A stretch of 63,997 nt of DNA, the filler included, from Rhabdomonas costata (lineage: Eukaryota), in NCBI GenBank assembly GCA_019059605.1. It is 40 parts of 40 records of this genome, joined end to end, with 100 filler letters (N's around TTAATTAATTAA, not from the genome) between each part and the next. Parts side by side here need not be neighbours in the genome. Positions count along the whole stretch, not along the records: positions 51,282 to 52,783 come from JAHMHO010014363.1; positions 52,884 to 54,385 come from JAHMHO010014364.1; positions 54,486 to 55,987 come from JAHMHO010014365.1; positions 56,088 to 57,588 come from JAHMHO010014366.1; positions 57,689 to 59,195 come from JAHMHO010014367.1; positions 59,296 to 60,794 come from JAHMHO010014368.1; positions 60,895 to 62,396 come from JAHMHO010014369.1; positions 62,497 to 63,997 come from JAHMHO010014370.1; 32 more parts are not named here. One strand, written 5' to 3'. Position 1 is the first letter of the stretch, and each line of letters starts with the position of its first letter. Made by a program: the position numbers and the translations under genes. The notes under the pieces were generated by a model. The model made no database searches and was not told the origin of the DNA. It worked only from the letters and a program-made list of their open reading frames with translations. Shown piece after piece: positions 52,172 through 63,571 of the stretch.

Positions 52172-53140
52172 GGTGTCTGCAACAAGAACACCGGGAAGGC
52201 CTTTTCACCCGCCCAGGGCACAGACCAAGACGCTGTGCCTTCCAGGTTGACAGTATTATGGGACAGCCCCCGGCCTCCCCCTTCAGTGTCGGATTCAACC
52301 TCAGTGGGATTCGGTTGTTTCAAAGTTCAAAATTTACAGTTATGTTTAGTCGAGCCGCCCCGCCAGCAATCGCTACAAATCGGGGAAGCAGGTGGGTTCC
52401 GGCCTCAGGGTGCAAGGTGCAGAACAAACAGACACAATGATGCCTTAAGTCAAAGAAGGACCGGCGACGCAGCGCTTTGGGACGACCAGTGTGTGCAAAA
52501 AGACCCGGGCCTTCTTTGCTTCGCGCTCTGCAGCTTGTTGGAGAACTCAAAAAGCAAGATTTTGAGCAATCTATAACACACACTTAACGCCAGCTTTTCC
52601 CTTCCAAACCTCCTGCAACCCCATTCTGGCCGAAGAGTCGGTTTCGGTCCCCCATCCACACACACTCACACACACACAAGAACTATACAAAATAAGGTCA
52701 CCCCTTTCCCCCGCCCGACCTCCTCACTGAAACTTACTCACGTGCACCGCCTCGAGGCGGTAGCTTTTCAAAGACCCAAAACCNNNNNNNNNNNNNNNNN
52801 NNNNNNNNNNNNNNNNNNNNNNNNNNNTTAATTAATTAANNNNNNNNNNNNNNNNNNNNNNNNNNNNNNNNNNNNNNNNNNNNGGTGTTGGTGAAGGACA
52901 AGCCGGTATGGACTGGAAAAGCAGTTGGGCTAGTCGCAAAGCTGAGGACGTCGGGAGAAAAGTGGGACTCGGCCTGCATCAAGTGCGTGCTTCTCGGTTC
53001 CAGGCAGGCCAGATATAATCCGCGTTTGCTTTTGGGTGTGCAATTGGCCTTTCTATTGCGTAGAACACGAGAATAAAGTGAGTTTGTGTATGTGTGTGTG
53101 TGTGCGCGCGCGTGGGTGCATCAGGGGTGGGGAGGTGTAC

Positions 53141-53658
53141 AGATCAGCGGCAGAGGTGACGAAGGTCGACTGCGCAGCAGTTGTGGCGGGAAGGGTGGTC
53201 GTCCTGAGAAAGCAATCGCCCCGCAATGCGTGAATGCATCTCCACGGACGGGGCACTTTTGAGAGCAGGAGGGTGCGAGCGGGGGCCCAACGATTCTTCG
53301 TACAAGCGGATCCAAAGGCACGCGACTAAGTGGAAAGGACAGCAACCAGGGGCAGCACAGAAACAGGTTTTGGCTCTTAAGGCCCTCCTCCATATATATG
53401 GGTATGGAATTAAGAAGGCCCACAAGTTGCAATTGAAGGCCGAAAACATGCCTTTCCTAAAAAAAAAAACACTGAATCAATCGAAAATTTGTGCACTCCT
53501 TGTGCAACCGCAAGCCCATACGTAGCCCATAGCCCATACGGGCGCATATGATTGCCTGGACTTCTGACCCCCTAAACAGAAGCAAATGTGGGGGAATGGG
53601 GAAGACGTACGGCACAGCGGTGGTGACGAAGCTCGGCTGCGCTGAAGGTGTGGTCGTC
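53141..53658 (-). CDS. Two paralogous Thr/Ser/Pro-rich mini-exons (53658-53611 and 53203-53141)
   Basis: Both start after gctttctcAG|G and end at GTAC donors; TTTPSAQPSFVTTAVP and TTTLPATTAAQSTFVTSAADL; upstream intron sequence is also duplicated. Confidence 0.55.
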
Positions 53659-54485
53659 CTGAGAAAGCGTTCCCCCGCAAAGTGTGTGAAGGACATCACC
53701 ACTACATATCTCCACGGACCGGGAACAGCACGGTGTGTGCGGGGGCCCAAACATTGTTTTAACTAGTGGTTCCCCGCACGTGAATAGGAGTTGGTTTTTC
53801 AAGGCACCCCCCCCCCCAAAAGAAAAATTGTATGGAATCAACACGGCTAAAAAGTTACCATTAAGGTGCACGTCATGCCCTTCCTCAAATTTGCTCTGGA
53901 GGTTGGGGGTGGGGGTGGTAAAGGTTACCAGCGGCAGCAATCTGTATGTGAGAGCATATTATAAAAGTGCTACAGAAATAATATCATCTAGTGAATACAG
54001 GCACACTTTACCTATCCCCAGTGCACCGAAAAAACCTTTCTTGAAAAAAAGATTATTTTTGTGTTTAACGGTGTTAAACGTTCAATGTTCAATGCCGCCG
54101 TAAAACAGCAAAAGTCAAATTTTCGCAATACCCTGGTCACGTTCCCGCCCCTACCGCCCGCTTCGGCGCCGACGTGGAATCCCAGCCATTCGCAACCTTA
54201 GCCAGCAGTAGTTTTCAGCAGCTAAGCAAAAACACTGAAAAGGAGAACTGACAAACTTTACCTACTCACTGTACACAAAAATAAAGGCATTTCGGGAGTG
54301 CCAACATGCTTTACCTCACCGTCTTTAGTTATTTTTAGAAAAAGGTAGTTTATGTTACCATTGGAATCTGTTACCACACACACACNNNNNNNNNNNNNNN
54401 NNNNNNNNNNNNNNNNNNNNNNNNNNNNNTTAATTAATTAANNNNNNNNNNNNNNNNNNNNNNNNNNNNNNNNNNNNNNNNNNNN

Positions 54486-55494
54486 GGTGGGAGGACATGC
54501 ATTGGGTGTTGGCCTGCGCGGTGGCTGCGCTGGGGGTGCTGTACTACCTCCTTGTTCTCTCGGGCGTGCTGGCGTATGTACAGGTGCCGGCGCTCACTGC
54601 TTCCTTCAGCTAGTTTAGAAGGGCCCTGGCCTTGGGTCCATAGATTTTCGTTTCATACTTTTGGCTTTATCGCAACCGCGAAGCTTCCTTCCTGTGCGGG
54701 AGGTTGATTTCCAAGTTAATTTAACACAAAACCTCTGCAGTAATATATGATGCTGTCTTCATTTCTGCCTCGTGGGTGGTGACTGATGAAAAGCCTTGGT
54801 CGAACGTGGGGTGCCCGATTCGCTCACGTGCCTTCGTGCCTTCTTTCTGCAGCATAGCACTTCCAGAATCGATATCTGAGCTTGGGCTTGTGTTTCTGGC
54901 GAGCCGCCTTTTGGCACCCATTTCCACTCCGCCCCCACCCCTACATGTGTGCAGTCCAGTGATCTGGGCTACAACAAGCTCTTCCTTGGGGTGCAGTTCC
55001 AGATGAAAGTTGCGGCCTCGGTGACCTTTGCGATGTTCCAGGAGAGCCTGCGGTGTGTCCCACCTGAAGGAAAGGCGTTTGAGTCAGCCACTGCGGTTGA
55101 CTTCTCCTGTCCAAGATTTCCTCAAACCATCCTTTCTCTCTCGCAAGCGAGTCGTCGTTAAAGCAAAGCGAAACATGGATGCGCCACTCCGAAGCTCATG
55201 CCGTGGGGTGTTTTTTTGATTTCCTTTTAATGTGAAATATTTTTCTAAACTGCCATGAATGCTCCCACTCCTGCGCCCGAATGACTCAACCGCCAATGTG
55301 CTGAGCACTGAACTGCATTCTCATTTTTCTGTATGACTTAATTTGTGGGGTGCAGTGGTTGGTGAAAAGGTTTTTTTTTGCGAGAACTTCAAAAGGTTGG
55401 CGGGCTCAGGTGGGTTCACGTTGGCTTTGTGCTGTTCGCCACTGTGGGTCTACTCGTGGCAAACATCCTCCTGCGGCCGTGCTTCATAGAAAAG
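54486..55494 (+). CDS. Multi-exon membrane protein, unidentified
   Basis: Hydrophobic exons MHWVLACAVAALGVLYYLLVLSGVLAYVQ|GT, AG|SSDLGYNKLFLGVQFQMK and AG|WVHVGFVLFATVGLLVANILLRPCFIEK|GT. Confidence 0.4.
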
Positions 55495-57688
55495 GTAGCC
55501 CTTTGCTTTTTTTGTGGAGCAGGTATAGGAAAAATCTCTTCAACGCTTTACTACAGTTATTACATTCAGGATTTTTTTTCGCACCAGAGCGATGCACTCG
55601 CGTCTTGGCTTGCACTGCAGCACCCAGTGAACCAAACAAGGCAAATCAAACGCTGGGCTGATTCTCACCTTGCACAATCGATATGTTCTGATGGAAGAGT
55701 GTCGTCAGAGCCGGGCTTGCCTGGTTCTTTTTTTTTCAAGGCGCAGAATCGCTCCGCGGCAGTTGCACCAAAAGTCTTTCGGGTGCGGCAACGACCGCTG
55801 GACGCCCATGAATGGCAACTGTGCATTAGTTGCGCTGAGGTGAGGGAATGTTTGTGAAAACGGTGAACAGCATTGGACACCCACACCCTTAACAACCTCT
55901 TCAACCTGCCATAAGGCGCAGTGAGAAAGGCAGTAATGCACTGAATCTCGGTATCCCAGGTGTGCAGTATTGGGAACCACCCCCCCCNNNNNNNNNNNNN
56001 NNNNNNNNNNNNNNNNNNNNNNNNNNNNNNNTTAATTAATTAANNNNNNNNNNNNNNNNNNNNNNNNNNNNNNNNNNNNNNNNNNNNGGGGGGTTTGGTC
56101 AGGAAATAGTGGAGAGGATGGGGAAGGAGATACCTTCAGGCGGCCGAACTTCTGCTGGAGGTTCGCCTTCCGGGCCTGCACCATCAGGCGGATCTTCTCC
56201 CCAGAGCGGTGGAACCACTGCAGCATCTCCCGGTGGGCCCGCTCCAGGTGGCCTTCCAGGGACGCCATCGCCGTATTCTGTACAGAAATTGGGACCGATG
56301 GCAAGGATTCTACAGAGCCAAGCACACGACATTTTTTCCGAAGATTCGACGTATAATTCGGTGGGAGAATATCCCGAGAATATCGCGTGGGAGCAGCAGA
56401 AAAGGGCACCGCTTGATAGCACTCTGACGGTCGACCCGAATGCTACAGAGCTCAGTATGCTATCGGATCGCCACTTCGGATGACACTACGAACCCTCGAG
56501 CAAGCCTATTCAAAAGAATTTGGGTTTGGGTCGCTTGAACGACTTCTTGGACGGCTCAAGACGAACTATAGAGCAAGCAAAACACAGAAAGCACTACAAA
56601 GTTACTGCACAATATATAAGCAAGGACCACCTCTTGCTGAAGCAGCGCCTGGGTCTCTTGCTCAAGGGACTCCTCGGCCCTCTTGGCTTGGCTGAGTAAA
56701 AAAGGGCAGGTGGGCAAAGCAGAGTCTCGGTGTTGCAAAAATAACATCTGGCAAAAAGAGACAGCTCTTAGACGATGTGTAGTTTGGATGACTTGTTTTT
56801 GAGGGCATTGTTCATCACAAACTTTCGAAAACAGTGCCATTATATTTCTGAACCTCCCGGAAGCAGTGTGTGGTCGTAAAGCAATAGCTCAGAAGAAATG
56901 TGGCGTCATATTTGCATAGCGCCTTGGTGTGGCGTGTACGACGCTGGTTTGCTCTCGTAATGTGAACAAGACGCAATAGGTTTGTTTGTGCAAACAGCCA
57001 AAATGTTCCAAAAAATCAAAAAGTTTCGATTTTTTTTTTTGAAAATTTAGGCTTTTTCGAATTCTTTCGAATTTTTCCAATGGTCTTGTGCGAAGCGCGA
57101 TAAAGTGCGATGGTGGATCCACACTGCAAGTATACTCCTTAATCACTGTACTCCCTGCAACCGATCACTCTCTATGATCGTTCGAACCCACCCTCCCCTC
57201 CGAATTATCAGAGAAACAGGCTTATTGCAAAAGGGTCGCGTTGCTTGCCCGCAATAACGGAGGAGCAGCTCATTCCTAGCGCCACGTGGTTATTTGACCA
57301 GCGTTAAGCATCCATCCCCAGCGGGGTACACCTTGTACCGACAGTCAACCAATGGGTTCCACAACCATATGGTGCCAAATTGCAAGGCCATCAAATCCTA
57401 CAACATTCTTAGCGTCCGGCGCAACTACAATAAAATTAACCCTATTCTGAGTCAAAAGGCCCCAGACCTGTTGCCCCACCCCCACCCAAGGAAGGGTTTG
57501 GCTGAATGATAAAAACCAATCGCCCCAACCCTGCCAACCCAAGCGAGCTGCTTTCTCACCCACTCCCACTCCCGTTCCAATCAACACANNNNNNNNNNNN
57601 NNNNNNNNNNNNNNNNNNNNNNNNNNNNNNNNTTAATTAATTAANNNNNNNNNNNNNNNNNNNNNNNNNNNNNNNNNNNNNNNNNNNN

Positions 57689-57885
57689 TCTGGTGGTCAG
57701 GGGTTCGTTAGGTATCGGTCTGTCGGCGTAGCGGGTTCGTGGGTCAGGGTTCGTGGGTCAGGGTTCGTGAGGGTATGGGTTCGTGTGGGTATGGGTTCGT
57801 GTGGGTATCGGTGTCAGGTGTGAGGGTATCGGTGTCAGGGGTCAGGTGTGAGGGTATCGGTGTCAGGTGTCAGGGTATCGGTGGT
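57689..57885. repeat. G/T-rich degenerate tandem repeats (GGGTTCGT, GGGTATCGGTGTCAGG units)
   Basis: Repeated GGGTTCGTGGGTCA, GGGTATGGGTTCGTGT and GGGTATCGGTGTCAGG seen directly. Confidence 0.85.
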
Positions 57886-59195
57886 GCGTGTACTTCGGCT
57901 GTTCTTTCCCATTTCGCTAGTTGTGTAGGCATTCCTGGTTGTCATTGGGTTTCTTTGGTGCACTGTCTTTCGTCGCGCGTGATGGAGGTGATTGGATAGG
58001 AGACCTAGGGGGACTGTGAGACCATGCAGAAGGCACTACCCGCTTTATAGCTACGGCCTAGGATAACGACACCAACACGAGTACACACGACAAGCTGAGA
58101 TCCTACGTAGGAAGTGCGCATGTAACGTCAGTACTACGTAGAAGGCCGCTGGGAACAGTAGAGCTAAGGCTATGCATGAACGCCACAGGTTGGTCAAGTG
58201 CATGTGCTGCGGTGATGCTGAGACACAGAGGGTGAGCCGTTGACGTAAACCACAGGTTGGCACACGTCACATGGCCCTCTGTCACCAGTAGACACTACAC
58301 CACTATCTATGTGTGTGGATGCCAACGTAGGAGCTTAGTTATCCTATTAGTAGCTGTACACGTACGTAGGTTGTAGGGTAGGAGTAGCGTTGTAGGGTTG
58401 AGGCGTAGGAGTAACATCCAACCTTCCACCTGTAGCGATACCCCTATCTATGGTTGGTCGTGGCAGTGTTGGTGCTTAGCGTAGTCTCAGCATACAACCC
58501 CTGTAGTGGTATGGGCGTAACACACCCTGTAATCCCACGCCTTGGGTTCATGTTGATACGATGCTTGTGCTGATGCTGTTACGCCTCCTGTTGGTGGTAA
58601 CGTCATGGCTGAGGGACAACCTGGTAATGGTGATGCCTACCGGTGTGAAGCCCTCAAGGTACAACATCCGAAGTGGAGGTCGCCGAGACCGACATGAACG
58701 ATGCGAACACCCTGAGGCGCAGCAACACTCACAGCATCAACCCACTGCTACGGTTAACGCTCAGCCTGATGTGGTGTTCATGGCTGTCAGGGAAGGGCGT
58801 AGGCTGTCATGGTGTCCCGTAATGCAAAGGGCCATCGTACACCTCCAACCTTCACCACACCCTAACCCTTAGCGTAAAGGCATAAGGTGTAAAGGCGTAA
58901 CCTGACAGCATCGGCAATCCTCACCCTTCCACCCACAGCGAAGGTCAAAGGTGATGCGTAAGGCAGAAGTTAACCCTGATGCGTAATGCTGATGGTGTAG
59001 TAGATGCTAAGCGTAAACCCAAGGCTAAGGTGTAACGTGAAGGCGTAGGATAAGCGTAACCCTCCCTCAGGGTATTCCTGCGTGGCTTCGCCCGGTCGGA
59101 GTGACACGTACCGGCTTATGCCGGGGAGTGGAACGAAGAGACAGGTATAGGCATGATGCTATCCCCATGCCTTACTCACTGCGTTCGTAAGTCAT
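57886..59195. other. Compositionally atypical contig body ending in conserved blocks shared with 18369-18584; candidate mitochondrial mini-chromosome piece
   Basis: Near absence of long A/T runs, abundant CGTA/GTAG; shared blocks at 59075-59095, 59097-59109 and 59177-59186. Confidence 0.4.
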
Positions 59196-59809
59196 NNNNN
59201 NNNNNNNNNNNNNNNNNNNNNNNNNNNNNNNNNNNNNNNTTAATTAATTAANNNNNNNNNNNNNNNNNNNNNNNNNNNNNNNNNNNNNNNNNNNNAGTGG
59301 GGGGGTTGCTCTTTCGCTGATCAACTTCCAATAGTGGTGGTGTTCGGGGGCGTGATTCTGATCCGACTCGATTGGAGCGATTGGAGATTGGAGATTGGCT
59401 CGATTGGAGATTGGAGATTGGAGATTTATTGTCTACGCGCTGCTCCTGCTTGGTGAATCCCTTGGACATCTGATATTGTTGGCCCCACCACTTACCTGTG
59501 CTGAAACATGGTTCAATGAATAGTGTGAGTTTTTTCTTGCTCTTTTTGAGCTGCATCAGGCCCAAACAATCAAGGTGAACTCTGAACAACATTTACTGCT
59601 CGAAGACATTTACTGTCTTGTACTCCTTCTTTTGGTTTCTGAGCAGGAAAGGATTTGTATCCCTCCTCTTCTTTGCCAAGGGTTCTCCTCCTCCTCTTTC
59701 CTCTGCCCTGTTGTTTTCTTTGTACTGTGACGAGTAGTGTAGTGTTGGTGGGTGCGTTACTTACCTCTTTTCTTCTCCTTTGTATTCACACTGTGTCCGG
59801 TCTTCTAAC

Positions 59810-60237
59810 ATGAGTCGCAAGGATGCTGTCCCGGTACGCGTCGAATCTCCGAACCGCCATCAGTCCCCCATTATGATCGGCACCACCGCAAGCACAATGA
59901 ACACCCCGATCCTCACTTCGATTGTGCCCGTTTCCCTGCCAGCTCTCTCGTCGACCTCCCCGCACCGCGCGTCCGCTTCGGAGCCCAGAGCTAGCCTGGT
60001 GGACAAGGACTTCCCGGAAGAGGAGGCCCTTGCTTCGCTCGAGGAGGGCTCGTGGGCCCGGCGCGCGCGGTGGGTGCGGCGGCATCTATGCTCGCTGACA
60101 GTGTTTGTGGTGGTGCTGATTCCCCTTGTGTATGCCGGGAGCTGTGTGGTGGTGGGGACAGTGATTGGGGTTGCGGGGTACTCCAGCGCGGAGGCGCTGG
60201 CCAACCAGGCCCTGGAGAACGCCATCCAGGAAGTGAT
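59810..60237 (+). CDS. First exon of a membrane receptor-type protein (possibly a Cache-domain adenylate cyclase or kinase)
   Basis: ATG after a long pyrimidine tract; disordered N-terminus then TM helix SLTVFVVVLIPLVYAGSCVVVGTVIGVAG and amphipathic YSSAEALANQALENAIQEV; donor AT|GTATGC. Confidence 0.45.
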
Positions 60238-61091
60238 GTATGCACTCTGTGCTTACCCCCCCCCCCCCCGAGGGGGGGAGATGCCCCCCTTCTTCTGTCA
60301 TTGTCACTTCCTTTTTTTGCATGCGCTCTGCGGGAAGGCTTTATTCACGGTTTCCTGTTCCTTCCTGTTGTGCTCCGGGATCCTCCCGAGGCATTAGTTG
60401 GGGTCACCAGAGTGCTCCTGCAACCGTGATACCGTGACACGAGTCACGGAAATGCTCGCGGATACTTTGTTTGACGAATGAGGACTGGACTTGCAAGAAA
60501 CGCCATCGCCTGACCACCAAGACCCCGAAAACAGGTCCGAAATCTAGTTTAAAAGGCTCTAGAACGACCTTCTAAGATTTTTAGGTTGGAAACTGCCTTC
60601 TGAAGCTTCCGCGATGGAAAGTTCTGTGATGAGTATCATGTTTATCTTGTTTTTTGTTTCTCGTGTTGTTTTTCGAATCAGGGTGTCCACCACGATATGG
60701 ACGGAACGGATGCGAGTTGTTGAGATAGGGAGTTGAGGTTGTCATCGTTCGTAAAAAGATTCCAAAAACTAGTTTTGTACTGTAACGGTTCTACNNNNNN
60801 NNNNNNNNNNNNNNNNNNNNNNNNNNNNNNNNNNNNNNTTAATTAATTAANNNNNNNNNNNNNNNNNNNNNNNNNNNNNNNNNNNNNNNNNNNNTTTTGT
60901 TGGTCTCTGAAATTATTTTGGGGTTGACCATTGAATCCGAATTTTGGGTACTGAAATTCTACTTCGAATTGAGTCCATTTCAGTCCTTTTCTGAGGTGGG
61001 TAGTTCGTCAAATTCCAGTGGACTTTCGCATTTCAAGGAGCATGCCCCACCACCCCCTGTTCGTTTGCTCTGGACTGCTGTGCGTTCTCAG

Positions 61092-62396
61092 TGGTGGACG
61101 CAATGCGGGCGGCGGTGGGCACCGAGGTGGGGCTGCTGAACAGCGGCGCGCTGCGCGCGGACGTCATGTACGCCTCGGGGGGCTCGCTTACCGTGAAGGA
61201 CGCCCTGGACATCCTCCCCCTGGAGGACGTCATCGTGACGCTCCGGCTCAGCGGGGCTGTGCTGCGGGCCGCTCTGGAGGCCGGGCTTTGCCGGTTTCCT
61301 GCCCAAGAGGGGAGGTTCCCGCTGGTGTCGGGGATGCGCGTGACGGCGGACGCCGGGGGGCCTCCGGGGAACAGGATCAAAGAGGTCACCACTACCCCGC
61401 CCCCCCTTCTCTCTGCCATCACACACAGGCAGCCAGCGGCTTAGCGGAAGTGATGTATCGTTGGTAGTCATCGCGGGTTGGTTTTATTCGATCCGCACAT
61501 ATGTGTGCACATTCGCACAAATGCCATATCTGCTCTGTCCTTCGGCAGGGTGATGCAACGTTCCACCCCCGTTTTTTTTGGTCACACGTATCATTGTTGT
61601 GGTCACATCTTCCAAATTTTCGCCAGTTTGTCGGGGCGAGGCACGAGAATCAATTCGCAACCGATGCGGCGGAAGCTTCGGTCGTTTAACTGTCCTTAGG
61701 GGTTGAAATGAGGGCCACTTTGGCAGCGATAAAAAGCACATGGTTCTTGCCTTTTTTGTAATCCCGGCCTTGACGATGAGGTCTGGGACAATGCCTCCCA
61801 AATGAGGACCTGAGGCGCTTCAGCTTCAGCTCCCAACAAAGAGGTGAAGTGCACGGGGGAAGGAGGTAACGAGATGCTCAGTTATCGGCCATGTTAAACC
61901 CCCTTTTAATTCGATTTTTGTCACGTACTGTCATAAAAATGGAACACTGTGAACATGAGCCGTCAAAGAAGAGACTGGACGAGACTGGCCTGGAGGTGCA
62001 AGGAATTGAACCCTCTTTTTCGGCTCAAGCCCAGGTTTAGTCCTCACAGAATTGTGATTGTCTTACCCAGGTTCTAATCGGAGGCGATGAGCTGGACGAC
62101 GAGAGGCTGTACACCCTGGCTTGCACCGAATACATGCTGCACGGGGGAGACGGCTATTCCCCGCTGCAAGATTGCCAGGCCGTACTGGTGGACGCCGAGA
62201 ACGGTCAGATCCTCCCGGAGATCTTCAAGCACGCCCTGCTGCAGCTTCCCGGGCAGAGGCGCTCCCTGGATGGGCTTCCTGAGCTCCGGCCCTCCGTCGA
62301 TGGGCGGCTGGGGCTGCACCGCCGCCTGCCCAGAGTCGCCGCTGGAATGCTCTGCCGCTGTGTCAGCACCGCGGCCTTTCCCGCCATTCCCAGGAG
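61092..62396 (+). CDS. 5'-nucleotidase C-terminal domain, two exons (61092-61384, 62071-contig end)
   Basis: VDAMR...VGLLNSGALRAD...LTVKDALDILPLEDVIVTLRLSGAVLRAALE.G...EGRFPLVSGM...PGNRIKE|VLIGGDELDDERLYTLACTEYMLHGGDGY is the canonical 5_nucleotid_C pattern; GT-AG intron 61385-62070. Confidence 0.92.
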
Positions 62397-62783
62397 NNNN
62401 NNNNNNNNNNNNNNNNNNNNNNNNNNNNNNNNNNNNNNNNTTAATTAATTAANNNNNNNNNNNNNNNNNNNNNNNNNNNNNNNNNNNNNNNNNNNNGGTG
62501 TGGGTTAAGTAAGAGACCGGGCTCCAAAGAAGATGACGTCAGCATTGCGGCAAGTCATGACACCTCATGCAGTTGCCATTTCTTGGAGCTCGAGTGGTGC
62601 CGTGCATTTCCGGTAAGGTACATCAGAGCAGCTGTGCGAGCTGTTCCCACTGTACTGTGCGGATGGTTTCTAGTTACTTTCTTTCTAACTCTGGGATCCC
62701 AGGCCAGTTTTACCGATGTTGGCGGGGATGCTCCCTTCGGAGGAGAATGATGTGAGCTGTAACCGTGGTCTCAGCCCTAGAAC

Positions 62784-63571
62784 CTGAAGGGGAGCACCCC
62801 CAGTAGGGACTGTTCCGGGTTGGTGGCGGCAGCGGCGGTTTCAGAAGTTGACAGCAACCCACGGCTGCACCGCTCACACACTACAGCGAGGTCCCCGCGG
62901 GTGTTATACATCTCACGGGCCATGGGGTGGTAAGCGCTCAGCACAGAACCGTACTGCAGCCGTAAGTGAAGGTCTTTGAGGATGATCCGGATCACCCACT
63001 TTTGCTCCAACGCCGAAGTCCGAGAGACAATCGAGGTGAACACCCGAACCTTCTCTTCCTGGAAAAAAGAGTTACTGCAGTCTCGCAGCAATAAAAAAGG
63101 CGCCTTCCAAAGTCCCTGTCGGGAAGTGTACTGAACCAATTCATCTTCGACGGCATAGAGGCGTACCGAAGCTGAGGCTGCGCAGAGAGCGTCCAGAAGA
63201 CTGTTCAGCTGCGAAACATCCAGAGGTAATTCTTTGTCTCGAATCTGCCAGCCTCGCTTTTGCAAAACCGTGTAAACCTGCAGAAAAAACAAAATATGCA
63301 CTTGGAACACCGGCCGAAGCCGCCTGTGGTTATGCAATCAGCACCTGTCTGCAAAAGTCACCACTGCGCGCCGTAGGTGACAGTCTAAATTGGAACCGAC
63401 ACAACCGAAAGACTTGTCCATAAAACCCTGCAATGAACATACCATATCCGAAAAGTGGATTCCCCCAATGGTGTGCCCCGAGGGATCCTTCCAATGCCTC
63501 AAACGTGCCACATCCAAAGACGACTCCGGAATGCACAAGAAGTCGATGTAAACCTTTGCCAGCTTGCTCTC
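62784..63571 (-). CDS. LIG4: DNA ligase IV, DNA-binding domain, three exons (63571-63443, 63277-63167, 63058-62784)
   Basis: ESKLAKVYIDFLCIPESSLDVARLRHWKDP...FSDM|VYTVLQKR...LNSLLDAL...|EEKVRVF...SALEQKWVIRIILKDLHL...VLSAYHPMAREMYNTRGDLAVVC matches LIG4 (KE..LAK.YI, EQKW.IR.I.KDL, H..A....N...DL..VC); GT-AG introns. Confidence 0.88.

Noticed and set aside
54179-54193. 15-mer ATCCCAGCCATTCGC shared with 3687-3701
   Set aside because: A few shared 15-mers are expected by chance in about 60 kb and there is no flanking similarity
57689-57885. G/T-rich repeats as telomere
   Set aside because: No TTAGGG or other uniform unit array; the units are heterogeneous
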